Part shown: positions 13,085 through 26,985 of the stretch, one piece after another
How positions within the stretch are numbered: the stretch's first letter is position 1
Layout of the letters: each line of letters opens with the position of its first letter
From: Octopus vulgaris
Lineage: Eukaryota
Reading direction: 5' to 3'
Assembly (NCBI GenBank): GCA_951406725.2
Contig: OX597816.1
Span: 59,024,001 to 59,088,000 of the forward strand
DNA: 64,000 nucleotides
The notes under the pieces: generated by a model
The model's database searches: none
What the model saw: only the letters and a program-made list of their open reading frames with translations
Told to the model about the DNA's origin: nothing
Position numbers and translations under genes: made by a program

Positions 13085-14495
13085 ACCATTCCCAGTTCTG
13101 TACTTTATTTATGAATGCATTTTCAATAATACACGGTGAATAAAAACATATTTTAGGCTTACAGACAAATAATTTTTATTTTTTAATACAGTACAGTAAA
13201 ATAAAAGTAATCTAAATTTACGAATACAATTTGGTGGTGTTTACCATACATCACGGATGCTTTATTTATGAATGCGGTTTGCAATAAGACATAGTAAAAT
13301 AAAAGCCATTTTTAAGCTTAAAAAACAAATTCAGTAATTCTTATTATTTTGCACTAGTAAAAAAAAAAAATTATTTTAGATTTACCAATATGTACATACA
13401 ATTTGGTGGTTTACATCATTGATGTAGATGGCTGTGGATTGTCAACATCAACAGCTGACTCTGACTGTTCTTGTTATTTGAAGCACTTAAAAAACTGGTT
13501 GAGAGTTCCTTGATCTGTCTTCTTTTCTTCAAGGATTACATTATAAGAAGCAAAAGCTTTGTGACAAGCCCCCATAATCTTGGAAAAGGGTTGAGCATTT
13601 GGATCTATATCCTCAAACACAGAAAGAATTTTTTTGATATATACAATGGTAAAGTGATGTGGCTCAGGTTCAACTTCCTCTTCTTTATTTTGCTGTTCAT
13701 GAAGCTCTATCAAGTAAATCTGTGAAATCCTCCTCCTCCAAATTTATTTCCAGTTCTTTGCTCATAGTCACCAACGTTTTGTTGATGGCAACATTATCAA
13801 ACCCCTTAGAATCATTCACAGATTGCAGGCATAGCTTTTTCCATACACCATTCATAGCTATGCTCTGTACATCATTCTATGCCACTGCTATGTTCTGTAC
13901 AGCCTTGTAGATATCGTATCTCTTCCAAAAGCCATGAAGTGTGATGGACTCATCAAGATCAGTCGCAGCTATTGCTTGCCACAACACACACTTCATACAG
14001 TAATGCTTGAAGATAGCAATTATTCCCTGATCCATTGGCTGCAGAAGAGACGTGGTGTTCAAAGGGAGGTACACGACGGTAACATTGAGGTCAAAATCTA
14101 CAGTGTTTTGAGGGTGGCCAGAGGCATTATCTAAGATAAGTAAAACCTTAAAAGGAATCCCCTTCTCCTTACAGTACTTCTCTGATGCTGGGATAAAATG
14201 ATTGAAGAACCACTCTTCAAAAACAACGACAGTAACCCATGCTTTTGAATTAGCCATCCATATAACAGGGAGAGATGCCTTGGGTATGTTCTTCAGGGCA
14301 TGGGGGTTATGTGCATGATACACAAGCAATGGCTTTAACTGAAAATCTCCTGCACAATTACCTCCCAACATAATGGTCACACATTCTTTTGAGACCCTGT
14401 AGCCTGGAATAGTTTTCTCCTCCTTGGAAATGAATGAACGGTCTGGCAGTTTTTTCCAATACAATCCAGTTTCGTCTATGTTAAAAATCTGTTTC
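13085..14495 (-). mobile_element. Tigger/pogo (TIGD1-like) DNA transposon remnant
   Basis: ORF 13877..14464 plus upstream QIFNIDETGLYWKK, NSKAWVT, LLILDNASGHP and TTSLLQPMDQGII (DDE_1 domain); the C-terminal part continues frameshifted in 13474..13713. Confidence 0.88.
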
Positions 14496-14550
14496 CAAGC
14501 AAGATATTATCTTACCATAGTCAGATATGTTTTCACTGAAGATTGGAAAC

Positions 14551-14604
14551 AAATGGCACCACTTACATGATGATGACACTCATTTACACCTACCAAGAAC
14601 AGGT

Positions 14605-14654
<50 letters not shown>

Positions 14655-14704
14655 GGCACCACTTACATGATGATGACACTCATTTACACCTACCAAGAAC
14701 AGGT

Positions 14705-14765
<61 letters not shown>
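14551..14765. repeat. Tandem duplication of a ~57-bp unique segment plus (CA)n
   Basis: aatggcaccacttacatgatgatgacactcatttacacctaccaagaacaggtctc(ac)n occurs twice. Confidence 0.9.
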
Positions 14766-14767
<2 letters not shown>

Positions 14768-14967
14768 CACACACACACAAACACACACATTTATATATAC
14801 ATATATAATGGGTTTCTTTCAATTTCCATCAACTAAATTCATTGAGAAGGCTTTGGTCAGCCTAGGGCTACAGTGGAAGGCATTTGCCCAGAGTGCCACA
14901 TAGTAGAATTGAATCTGAGACCATATGTTTGGGAAGCAAACACCTCACAATCATGCCTATGTCAAAT

Positions 14968-15225
14968 GTATGGTATGGTATGGTATGGTATGGTATGGTA
15001 TGGTATGGTATGGTATGATATGATATGATATGATATGATATGATATGATATGATATAATAAATATAATATGATATAATATAATATAATATAATATAATAT
15101 GATATGATATAATATAATATAATATAATATAATATAATATAATATAATATAATAAATATGATATGATATGATATAATATAATATAATATGATATAATATA
15201 ATATAATATAATATAATATAATGTA
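14968..15225. repeat. Compound pentanucleotide microsatellite (TATGG)n-(TATGA)n-(TATAA)n
   Basis: Directly visible in the sequence. Confidence 0.95.
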
Positions 15226-15873
15226 ATATATATTTATATATGCATATGGACACACACATACACACATACACAAAAGGAGCACTCTGTCGGTTACAACGAT
15301 GAGGGTCCCAGCGGATATGATCAATGCAACAGCTTGCTCATGAAATTAATGGGCAAGTGGCTGAGCAATCCACAGACACGTGTACCCTTAACATAGTTTA
15401 CAGGGAGATTCAGCGTGATATAGAGTGTGACAAGGCCGGCCCTTTGAAATACAGGCACAACTCATTTTTGCCAGCTGAGTGGACTGGAGCAACACAAAAT
15501 AAAGTGTCTTGCTCAAGGACACAACACATCGCCAGGAATTGAACTCCCAGCACAGGTGCCAGGGGAAGCTGGCAATGGTCACAATCAGTTGGTGCTTTCG
15601 GATGGTACTTTTTACATACCACCAGCACAAGTATCACAACTACAATTTCCATTTGATTTTAATTTTGATGTTGATGTGCTTGAATCAATGGGTCTCCTCA
15701 AACACATCAGGTCGCCCTATGATCCAAGGTAAGCACAGCAGGCCTTCCTGCGATCCAAGGTACTTTGAATGGGCTGGGGCTGCTATGTGAAGCTGGCGCA
15801 GGAAACAGCCATGAACTTACGTTATTTGTTGGGTCTTTGCAGAAACAGCATATCTCCAGAGGTCTCTGTCTTT

Positions 15874-15932
<59 letters not shown>

Positions 15933-17348
15933 AGTGTATTTTTGCCTTGTTAACAATTAACACGGAAAAAATAGATAAATAGTTACATGTGTCAAAAGTA
16001 AAAGTATTTGATTTATACCTGCATTAAACTCCATTTATTTATATATATATGTGTGTGTAATTAATTTAAAAAATGGAGAAAAGGACAACAAGAAAAAACA
16101 ATAACACAAGGACATGGTACATGCAAAGTATTAATAAGATGCTCAGAGAAGGAAAGAAAGAGTGGTTGTTTTACATTTTGAACAAGGCTCTTCTTTGGAA
16201 ACAGGAGACATAGGAAAGTCCCAAAAAAAAAGGAAGAAGGAGGAAAAAAATCACCAACAGTCCACGTGTAGTTACATATACATATATAAACTGAAATATT
16301 CTTATTCACAAAAGCATTGCAAATGTTGTAGAATGCTTCCTAACATTCTTTTCTTTTATTGTTTGCCCTTAATTAAATATTGGTGGCTCAAACAAAATGT
16401 AAACAAATTATTGTTGCTTTGAAAATAGCAAGTATAAAAAGAGCTATGATGAAAGCAAAGGGTGGCAGTTTTGATATATAAATGCATGTAAAATATTGTC
16501 AATAAATATAACAATCAGCCAGTAAATTTTTATTAGCCAAAACATGCACAGGAACTTTTTATTTTATGATGAAATGGCACTCCGGCACTTCAATGGTTAC
16601 AACGACGAGGGTTCCCTTTGATCAAATCAATAGAACAGTCTGCTTGTGAAGCAGCTGAGCACCCCACAGGCTCTTGATGTAATTCTCAGAGAGATTCAGC
16701 GTAACACACAATGTGACAAGGCTGGCCCTTTGAAATACAGGTATAACTCATTTTTGCCAGGTGAGTGAACTGGAGCAATGTGAAATAAAACGGCTCAAGA
16801 ACACAATGCATCACTGAAAATTGAACTCATGACCTTATGATCATGAGCCAAATACTCTAACCACCAACCCATGCACCTTCACTTGATAAAATGAATAATT
16901 GGTAAATGTATATGCAGCCCTCAGTTATTGTGATCCCCTTCGGTCATAAATGACCATAAGATTGCACCTAGAGAGTTACCCTCCGAGGCACAAGTCTGGG
17001 CAAGGTTTGTTTATGGAAAACTAGCAGTCACCCATTCATACCAGCCTCCCTTCTCCATGCCACCAATGTTATCCAAGGGAAAGGCAAAGGCTGATACAGT
17101 TTGGCACCAGTGATGTCGCAACTCATTTCTACAGCTGAGTTAAGTGGAACAACGTGAAATAAAGTGTCTTGCACAAGAACACAACATGCTGCCTGGTCCA
17201 GGAATCAAACTCACAACCTCACGATTGTAAGCTTGATGCTCTAACCACTGAATCATGCACCTTCACAGTACTCAGTATATATACACAGTTACACATATTG
17301 GTATAGCACCAATAAAGCTGATGATCAAATACAACTAAAGAAATTCTG

Positions 17349-17666
17349 AGATAATATTTATCCCCAACTTAAACATGAATATTCTAGTAGAACAAACTTC
17401 ACTGCAGTAGTTACCATGAAGGAAACTCTCATCCTTGCTGTCTCTAGTGGCCAAGTGTCCATCATTGACAAGACCAAACAAGGTTGAAATCATGTGATTT
17501 GAAGATCTTGGTGCTGGAGGTAGCAGGGATTTATTGCCCTACTAGCAACATAAACAAGAGTGCATTTTGCACCAAAAGCCAATACAAGAGTTCCTCTCAT
17601 GGTAACTACTGAAGAAAGGTTTGTTTTAATAGAACTTCAACATTTAGGTGAGAATAAATGTTACCT
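17349..17666. mobile_element. MITE-like element with ~80-bp imperfect terminal inverted repeats
   Basis: cagtagttaccatga (17405) versus tcatggtaactactg (17597), with flanking similarity on both arms. Confidence 0.6.
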
Positions 17667-18070
17667 CTTTTACTCTTTTACTCATTTGATTGTGGCCATG
17701 CTAGAGCACCACCTTTAGTTGAGCAAATCGACCCCAGGACTTATTCTTTGGAAGCCTAGTAATTATTCTATCGGTATCTTTTGCCAAGCTGCTAAATTAC
17801 GGGGACGTAAACACACCAGCATCAGTTGTCAAGCAATGTTGGGGTGGACAAACACAGACACACAAACATATACACACACATACATATATATATATATATA
17901 CATATATATGACGGGCTTCTTTCAGTTTCCGTCTACCATATCCACTCACAAGGCTTTGGTCGGCCCGAGGCTATAGTAGAAGACACTTGCCCAAAGTGCC
18001 ACACAGTGGGACTGAACCCGGAACTATGTGGTTCATAAGCAAGCAACTTACCACACAGCCACTCCTACGC
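17667..18070 (-). mobile_element. tRNA-derived SINE, family B (internal TA/CA microsatellite)
   Basis: Reverse complement of the head ggcgtaggagtggctgtgtggtaag...ggttcagtcccactg...ccttgggcaagtgtcttctactatagcc. Confidence 0.85.
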
Positions 18071-18982
18071 ATTTGTTAGCAAAATATTGCAAAAATTTTG
18101 ACCCAGCACAATATATGGATACACTCACATTCCGTCTAGCAAGAAATTATTTGCTGTTATTGAGAACCTGTGTAGAGGATTCTCTAAATTCTGGGTAGTA
18201 GTGTTACTACATTTCTGTGTAACTGATATCTTTGGATAATTTCAAACTAAGAATTTTCCTATTTCTATCATGAATATTTTAAAAATCTATTGATTCCAAA
18301 ACTGGTATATTTAAAGTTTATCCAATGCTGTGTCAAGTTCAGTAATTACTTGATTCCATAGAATCCATTGTCAATGTTTTTTGCATTTTTTTCTTTTGAT
18401 TTGATTAATCAAATGTTTTTTATTGTTTTATTGATAAATACACCAAAAGCTGTAACATATAACAAAATGTGATTCGGTGAACTTTATGGCTTAGAAAACG
18501 ATTCAGTGCTTCCTTAAGGTAAATGTCACCAAAATCAATATCATCACAAGATGTCAAGTGGGAACACATGAGAAGAATAACTAAATATATAAAGTTTGTT
18601 ATTGAACTCTGTAATTTCCATTGGACCGTAAAAATATTGCTGGCCTTGAGAAATTGAAACTCACCATAATGCAGCAGAAACAGTGAAAAGAAAACAAATT
18701 CAACAATTGGAAAAAGTAAAAATTAAGGAAATATCAATGAGATTTCATATCATTTCATTTCTGCTAAAATGTCATTGTGTTAAGTTTAAGTAAAATAGAG
18801 ATTATATAAACAATATCAACATTGGCAATGATGACAGCAATATTGATAACTTAAGTGACATAGTATATAAACAAGAATGACAACAACAATGATGACAACA
18901 ATATTTAGAGTAGATAAACAATAACAACAAGAACAGCAACAACAACAACAAAGTGGCATAGAAAGTATATAAACATATATAT

Positions 18983-20015
<1,033 letters not shown>

Positions 20016-20134
20016 AATAGGGTATATAATCAAAAACAGCAACAACATTAAAAACAACTACAATGACAACAAGAACAGCAAAAATGATAATGACCACATT
20101 GGCAGTAACACAGGGAGTATATAGACATAGTGTA

Positions 20135-20336
20135 TACTCTTTTACTTGTTTCAGTCATTTGACTGTGGCCATGCTGGAGCACCATCTTTAGTCGAGCAAA
20201 TAGACCCCAGGACAAATTCTTTGTAAGCCCAGTACTTATTCTATCAGTCTCTTTTGCCAAACTGCTAAGTTATGGGAACATGTAAACACACCAGCATTGG
20301 TTGTCAAGCGATGTTGAGGGGACAAACACAGACACA

Positions 20337-20414
<78 letters not shown>

Positions 20415-20582
20415 TATGACAGGCTTCTTTCAGTTTCCATCTACCAAATCCACTCTCAAGGCTTTGGTCGGCCTGAGGCTATAGTAGAAGACACTTGCCC
20501 AAGGTGTCATGCAGTGGGACTGAACGAGGAATCATGTGGTTGGTAAGCAAGCTACTTACCACACAGCCACTCCTGTGCCTAT
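20135..20582 (-). mobile_element. SINE family B
   Basis: Full reverse-complement copy of the 18983 element. Confidence 0.85.
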
Positions 20583-21849
20583 ACAACTCCTGTTGTATAT
20601 AAACAACAACAACCTTAAGTAATACAACACAGAGGGTATATAAACATAGAGTATATAATAAACATCAACAATAATGATGGCAATAACTAGAACAATAATT
20701 TCTACTTTGGGTACAAAACCTGAAATTTAGAGAAGAGGGTTAGTCAGTTATATTGGTTTCAAATTTTGGCTCAAGGCCAGAAATTTCAGGGGAGGGGATA
20801 TGTTGGTTATATAAATCCCCAGCAATCAACTGGTACTTATTTTATTGACCCCAAAATGATGAAAAACAAAGTTGAGCTCAGTGGAATTTGAACTCCAATC
20901 ATAAAGCTGAAAGAAATGTAGCTATGCAAATTTTCCAGCATGTTAACAATTCTTTCTGCTCATTGTCTTTGACAGCAATGATAGCATCAATGATGACAAC
21001 AGCAATAACAATAACAAATGTATATTTACCAGATGGAGTTTACTTGCATACGTCATCACCATCATCATTTAACGTCCATGTTCCATGCTAGCATGGGTGG
21101 GATGGTACCACAAGAGCTGGCCAAGGCCGAAGCCTGCATCAGACTTCTGTGACTGTTTTGGCAGGAGTTTTACAGCTGGTTGCCCTTCCTAGCACCAACC
21201 ATAATGGTGAAATCTTCACTTTGGTAATATTAATTCTACATCACAAACTGGAGATCTATAATGGAGTCACACAGTCTACGATTTGAAAATAGCTTCCATA
21301 TTCAGAAACAGATGGGAAGTAATTGATCAAATATGTAGTTAAAGTTGGAGATGAAATACAATAGAAAACACAGAAATATGAAAAAGAGGAAATAAATGTT
21401 TAACCTTTTAATCAGAGTAGGGATTAAAGAATGCAATCCAAGTTAAACTACATTTTACAAAAAGGAAATTGTGATGTGGTTTGTAATTGGAAATCTTCAG
21501 TAAGATTAAATGGGTAGCTAACATTTTGTAACCCTTAATCAGCAAGGGAAGAGCAGCACCAATGACTTTTATTTTCTTCTGGGCCTCCAAGAATGGTAGG
21601 TTAAAGACTGGAAATTATTTCAAACAAAAACCTGACCTGAATGCCAATAAAAAAGTGAACTCCATTGAAGGCATTCAAGAGCCAGGTGTTGATGTTGAAC
21701 CAAACAATGTAATAAGTCTACCATCCAAAACATTGCTTCAAATAAATTCAAAACATGAGAGTATTAACTTGATACAATCCAACCAGCAATGAAACAATAT
21801 GACCACAAGTAAAGACCACAAATAATGACAATGTCTAATTTCTAGAAGT

Positions 21850-22555
21850 TGGATCTCACTGTTACTTTCTACTGCTTTCTTCTCTTCTCCTTTTCCCAGA
21901 CTTTCCATTTCTTCCAGTCAAAAGGCCAGCAGGTAGTTTTTACTACCACATCTATAACAACTAAGTCTTTTGCCCTGCACTGTTAGTCTCATATGTCCTT
22001 TGTCTTGGTGGTTCCAATGAGGTATAGTTCAGGTATGATATTATGACTTTCAAAGTCATTAGAAATTGCAAGTACACTCTGACCTCTTCTGCCCACATAT
22101 CACTTCTCATCACTCCTATGTAAATCATCTACCCATACTGCAATACCAGAGGTATGACCAGAGGTTTGTCTCACTATTTCAGCCCATATTTCTATCTATT
22201 TATTTATTTATTGCTGAGTTCTTCATCCTGAAAATATAGCTGACAGTCCCATAAGTTTTTTCCCAATCAAGAGAATTTCTCTAGATATTTTGTGGAGTGC
22301 TCCTTCTTCCACCAGGTGTTTTGAAGACATGTGGAAGCCCTTGTCTTTGTTCTTAAACCAAAATCGGGTTGGGTTTCTCTTTACTCTCCCTTAGATTAGC
22401 TTCTTGGGCAAACGAACGCTGTCTAGTTTTGCACAATTCTTCTTTGATTCTTTTTTCCAGGGGCTTTGTCAAATCTAAAACTTCTGCTTGTGTAATGAGA
22501 GAGATAAAACTGGCTCCTTTAGCACTGTTTTTATATTTATTATCCTTTCCAACAT
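21850..22555 (-). mobile_element. Decayed gag/ORF1-like fragment with a Zn-knuckle remnant
   Basis: Minus-strand reading RLTVQGKRLSCYRCGSKNYL; neighbouring coding-like stretches are broken by stops. Confidence 0.35.
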
Positions 22556-22617
22556 AACTATTGTCTGTGTGTCAGTGTTGTTATGGTTATTTTTACCACA
22601 AACACACTGGCTGTGAT

Positions 22618-23015
22618 AGGCGCAGGAATGGCTGTGTGGTAAGAAGCTTGCTTCCCAACCACATGGTTGCAGGTTCAGTCCCACTGCATAGTGCCTTGGG
22701 CAAATGTCTTTTACTATTGACTTGGGCCAACCAAAGCCTTGTAAGTGGATGTGGTAGATAGAAACTGAAAGAAGCCTGTCATATATATATATGTATATAT
22801 AACTGTGTGTGTTTCTATATTTTTCCTCCTATCACCACTTGACAACTGGTGTTGGTGTGTTTACATCCCTGTAACTTTGCGGTCCCACAAAAGAAACCAA
22901 TAGAATAAGTACCAGGCTTAAAAAATAAGCACTGGGGTCAATTCATTCACCTAAAAATTCAGGGTTGTGCCTCACCATATCTACAGTCTAATGTCTGAAA
23001 TAGGTAAAAGATAAA
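22618..23015 (+). mobile_element. SINE family B
   Basis: Head ggcgcaggaatggctgtgtggtaagaagcttgc, with the family-B tail. Confidence 0.85.
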
Positions 23016-23685
23016 ATAATTTATTTTCCTACTAAATGTTCATTTTGTTGCGGAATTTATTTTTGTCTTGTTTTTGTTTGTTTTGTTATTTTATTTTTGT
23101 GTGGGCTTTTTTAATGTGAAAATGTCACCAAAATCTGAAAACAAAATATAAATTCTGTAAATATAATTCAAGGTATTGAAGGTAGATGTTCACAGGTAAC
23201 TAATTTTTATTGCAAATACTCAAAAAGAAAAAAATTGGTAATGCTTAAAATATGACATTGATTACACTTCATAGAACTGGGTAGGTGGGAGGATCATGTA
23301 AATGAAGGGACTGAATTCAACCAGGAATGTTAACTAGCTTATGGACTAGATTCACTATAAACTTACCTTTTTTTTTCTACCAATCACCAAACACTTTGTT
23401 ATGAATGAATAACCTACCACTAGGTTAAAAATCATAAACAACTTAATACAGAGTTATTAATCTTTAGTAACACTATTTTACTTGTTTCAATCATTTGACT
23501 GTGGCTATGCTGGAGCACCACCTTCAGTTGAATGAATCATCCCCAGGATTTATAATATCGGTCTCTTATGCCAAATCACTAAGTTACAGGGACGTAAACA
23601 CACCAACATCGGTTGTCATGCTATGGTGAGAGGATAAATACAAACACAGACACACAAATACATACATATGTACATGTATGTATAT

Positions 23686-23737
<52 letters not shown>

Positions 23738-23856
23738 TTTTCTTCCATGAACACCTAAAGGCCTTAAGCCAATACCACCCCTTCTACATAAGGTGGTGAA
23801 AATACGGCGCAAAACATGATAGTGTAGTGTAACAGGGTGAACTTAAGATCATTGCT

Positions 23857-26800
23857 TTGCTTATGAATTCTGCCAAATGCGAGCTTTCTTCTTTTCAGGT
23901 ACATGACGCCACTGCTCCCCGTCCCTGGACCTCTCGGGTCCATACCTTCCACTCCTTCAGGGTGGGCACCCTCAACGTTGGCACACTGAAAGGTAGATCT
24001 GGCGAGATAGTTGAGATGCTTGAACGGAGATGGGTTGATGTATGTTGCATGCAAGAAATAAGGTGGAGAGGAGGATCTGCTAGGTTCCTCACAGGCAAGG
24101 AACACAGGTACAAGATTTTCTGGGCAGGGAACACTGACGGGGTTGGTGGCGTGGGTATACTTATCGCTGAGAAATGGGTAGATAGAGTAATTGAGGTAAT
24201 CAGAGTAAGTGACAGAATACTTAAGATTAGAATAGTGCTTCATAATAGATTAGCAACCATTATATCGGCCTATGCCCCTCAGCCAGGGCTACCCGATGGA
24301 CAGAAAGACAGTTTCTATGACACCCTACTGCAGACCACCTCATTGACGAACGACAGGGACCTTCTCTTTGTGGCTGGTGATTTCAATGGGCATGTTGGAC
24401 AACATGCTGGGGGCTTCCATGGCGTACATGGAGGCTACGGTTATGGTTCCCGCAACGAGGAGGGAACCAGGCTGCTGGAGTTCTGCGATGCAAATGACCT
24501 TATGGTCTGCAATACCAACTTCAGGAAACCCACCTCTCACCTAGTCACCTACCGTTCTGGCAGATACACCAGCCAGATTGACTACATCCTTGCCAGAAAA
24601 AGGGAAAGATGGCTGCTTATAAATGCCAAAACCTTCCCAGGCGAAGAATGCACCCCACAACATAGACTGGTAGTTAGTGACTTTAGGATCAGGACTAAGA
24701 GGGCGACTAGAAGACGACCAACATGGAGAAGAAGGGTCTGGAAGCTAAAAGACCCTGCGAATGGACAGAGATTTAGAGATATGTTACTTGAAGCCTTTGA
24801 CGAAGTGGAAGGGGGTATAGCTACGCATGGGGTAGAAGACAACTGGACGTTTCTGAGGGACAACCTGCTGAAAGCCGCTGACCAGATCTGTGGCTGGTGC
24901 AAAGTCCCCTTAAGACCCAAAATAACGTGGTGGTGGAACAATATTGTTGACAGGGCTATTAGACAAAAGAAACAGGCTTGGAAGGCCTGGAAGAACGGTG
25001 GTAGCAGGGAAGTGTATCAGACTGCCAGAAGGGAAGCTAGGAGACAGGTCTATCTAGCCAGAGGGGAGGCAGATAAAGAAAAATTTGCCAATGTCCTGCT
25101 CCGTGAGGATGAAAGACATGAGGTATTTCGTGTTGCAAGACAGTGTGTGAGAGAGAATCATGACGTGGTAGGAGAGAAATGTGTTCGCAAGGATGACGGT
25201 TCACCTGCGCTAAATGAGGATGCAAAGAGAGAGGCTTGGAGATGCCACTATGAAAGGTTGCTGAATGAGGAAAATGAATGGGATAAAGAGAGTCTCCTGA
25301 ATGTCGACCCAACAGAGGGACCAGCAATCCGAGTTAACAGTTCCTTAGTAGATAAGGCAATTAGAAGCATGAAAACAGGGAAAGCCCCAGGCCCATCAGG
25401 AATTACTGCAGAGATGCTCAAAATATCTGGTAGTGTCGGCTATAGCTTAGTCACCCGTATAGTAAACCAGGTGATACACGAAGGAGTCATACCCAATGAC
25501 TGGTGTAGCAGCATAATAGTCAACTGCTACAAAGGTAAAGGCGACGCCCTAGATACAAATAACTACAGGGGCATCAAGCTGCTGGATCAGGTAATGAAGG
25601 TTACGGAGAGGGTTATAGCCCAATTAATTAGAGAGAGAGTTAGCTTAGATGATATGCAGTTTGGGTTCGTGCCAGGGAAAAGTACTACTGATGCTATATT
25701 CCTGGTAAGACAGCTGCAGGAGAAATACCTAGCCAAAGATAAGCCCTTGTATCTGGCTTTTGTTGACTTGGAGAAAGCCTTTGACAGGGTCCCCCAATCC
25801 CTTATCTGGTGGTCAATGAGGAAACTAGGGATAGATGAATGGTTAGTGAGAGCTGTGCGAGCCATGTACAGAGACGCTGCTAGTAAGGTGAGGGTTGGCA
25901 ACGAGTACAGTGAAGAATTCCGGGTAGAGGTTGGGGTCCACCAAGGTTCAGTCCTCAGTCCCCTCCTATTTATCATAGTCCTCCAGGCAATAACGGAGGA
26001 ATTCAAGACAGGATGCCCCTGGGAGCTCCTCTATGCTGATGACCTTGCTCTAATTGCTGAGTCACTATCAGAACTGGAGGAGAAGTTTCAGGTGTGGAAA
26101 CAAGGATTAGAATCGAAGGGCCTTAGAATCAACCTAGCCAAAACCAAAGTCCTAATAAGTAGGAAGGTGGACCAATCACAAACGACTTCAGGTAGATGGC
26201 CCTGCTCGATCTGTAAAAAAGGTGTAGGTAGAAACTCTATAAGGTGCACCAAGTGTAAGCTATGGACACATAAGAGGTGCAGCAATGTCAAAGGAAGGCT
26301 AACTAAGAAAATAGTTTTTGTCTGTGGCAGATGCTCAGGAGCAATAAACACTGGAAATGTGCAGAGACCAACTTCTACCACGTTCCAGGGAGACAAACTA
26401 GAAGTAGTTGATAGCTTCCGCTACCTAGGAGACCAAGTCAGTAGCGGGGGTGGGTGTGCTGAAAGTGTAACTGCTAGAGTAAGAATAGCCTGGGCAAAGT
26501 TTAGAGAGCTCTTACCCCTGCTGGTGACAAAAGGCCTCTCGCTAAGAGTAAAAGGCAGACTATATGATGCGTGTGTACGTACAGCCATGCTACATGGTAG
26601 TGAAACATGGGCCGTGACTGCTGAGGATATGCGTAAGCTTGCAAGAAATGAAGCCAGTATGCTCCGATGGATGTGTAATGTCAGTGTTCATAATCGTCAG
26701 AGTGTAAGTACTTTGAGAGAAAAGTTGAACCTAAGAAGTGTCAGTTGTGGTGTGCAAGAGAGACGGCTGCGCTGGTATGGTCATGTGACGAGAATGGCTG

Positions 26801-26985
26801 AAGATAGTTGTGTGCAAAAGTGCTACACCCTAGCAGTTGAGGGAACCTGTGGAAGAGGTAGACCCAGGAAAACCTGGGACGAGGTGGTGAAGCACGACCT
26901 TCGAACTTTTGGTCTCACCAAGGAAATGACTGAAGACCGAGTCCTATGGAAGTGTGCTGTGCATGAGAGGACCCAGCAGGACTAG
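23857..26985 (+). CDS. RTE LINE ORF: AP endonuclease + reverse transcriptase + PHD-like Zn finger
   Basis: Uninterrupted 1042 aa. APE motifs LNVGTL, MQE, YAPQ, GDFNGH, IDYIL, QH; RT motifs YRGIKLL, QFGF, FVDLEKAFDRV, GVHQGSVLSP, YADD, FRYLG; RTE-type C-terminus RLRWYGHV...GRGRPRKTW. Confidence 0.95.
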   Translation: MLMNSAKCELSSFQVHDATAPRPWTSRVHTFHSFRVGTLNVGTLKGRSGEIVEMLERRWVDVCCMQEIRWRGGSARFLTGKEHRYKIFWAGNTDGVGGVGILIAEKWVDRVIEVIRVSDRILKIRIVLHNRLATIISAYAPQPGLPDGQKDSFYDTLLQTTSLTNDRDLLFVAGDFNGHVGQHAGGFHGVHGGYGYGSRNEEGTRLLEFCDANDLMVCNTNFRKPTSHLVTYRSGRYTSQIDYILARKRERWLLINAKTFPGEECTPQHRLVVSDFRIRTKRATRRRPTWRRRVWKLKDPANGQRFRDMLLEAFDEVEGGIATHGVEDNWTFLRDNLLKAADQICGWCKVPLRPKITWWWNNIVDRAIRQKKQAWKAWKNGGSREVYQTARREARRQVYLARGEADKEKFANVLLREDERHEVFRVARQCVRENHDVVGEKCVRKDDGSPALNEDAKREAWRCHYERLLNEENEWDKESLLNVDPTEGPAIRVNSSLVDKAIRSMKTGKAPGPSGITAEMLKISGSVGYSLVTRIVNQVIHEGVIPNDWCSSIIVNCYKGKGDALDTNNYRGIKLLDQVMKVTERVIAQLIRERVSLDDMQFGFVPGKSTTDAIFLVRQLQEKYLAKDKPLYLAFVDLEKAFDRVPQSLIWWSMRKLGIDEWLVRAVRAMYRDAASKVRVGNEYSEEFRVEVGVHQGSVLSPLLFIIVLQAITEEFKTGCPWELLYADDLALIAESLSELEEKFQVWKQGLESKGLRINLAKTKVLISRKVDQSQTTSGRWPCSICKKGVGRNSIRCTKCKLWTHKRCSNVKGRLTKKIVFVCGRCSGAINTGNVQRPTSTTFQGDKLEVVDSFRYLGDQVSSGGGCAESVTARVRIAWAKFRELLPLLVTKGLSLRVKGRLYDACVRTAMLHGSETWAVTAEDMRKLARNEASMLRWMCNVSVHNRQSVSTLREKLNLRSVSCGVQERRLRWYGHVTRMAEDSCVQKCYTLAVEGTCGRGRPRKTWDEVVKHDLRTFGLTKEMTEDRVLWKCAVHERTQQD

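Noticed and set aside
18523-18593. Possible N-terminal Hv exon MSPKSISSQDVKWEHMRRITKYI with a phase-2 donor aa|gtttgt
   Set aside because: The phase fits but there is no homology support and the donor is weak; the N-terminal exon remains unlocated.
23737-23860. HDV-like ribozyme expected at an RTE 5' end
   Set aside because: Only a simple hairpin (accacc/ggtggt) is present; no nested double pseudoknot was found by eye.
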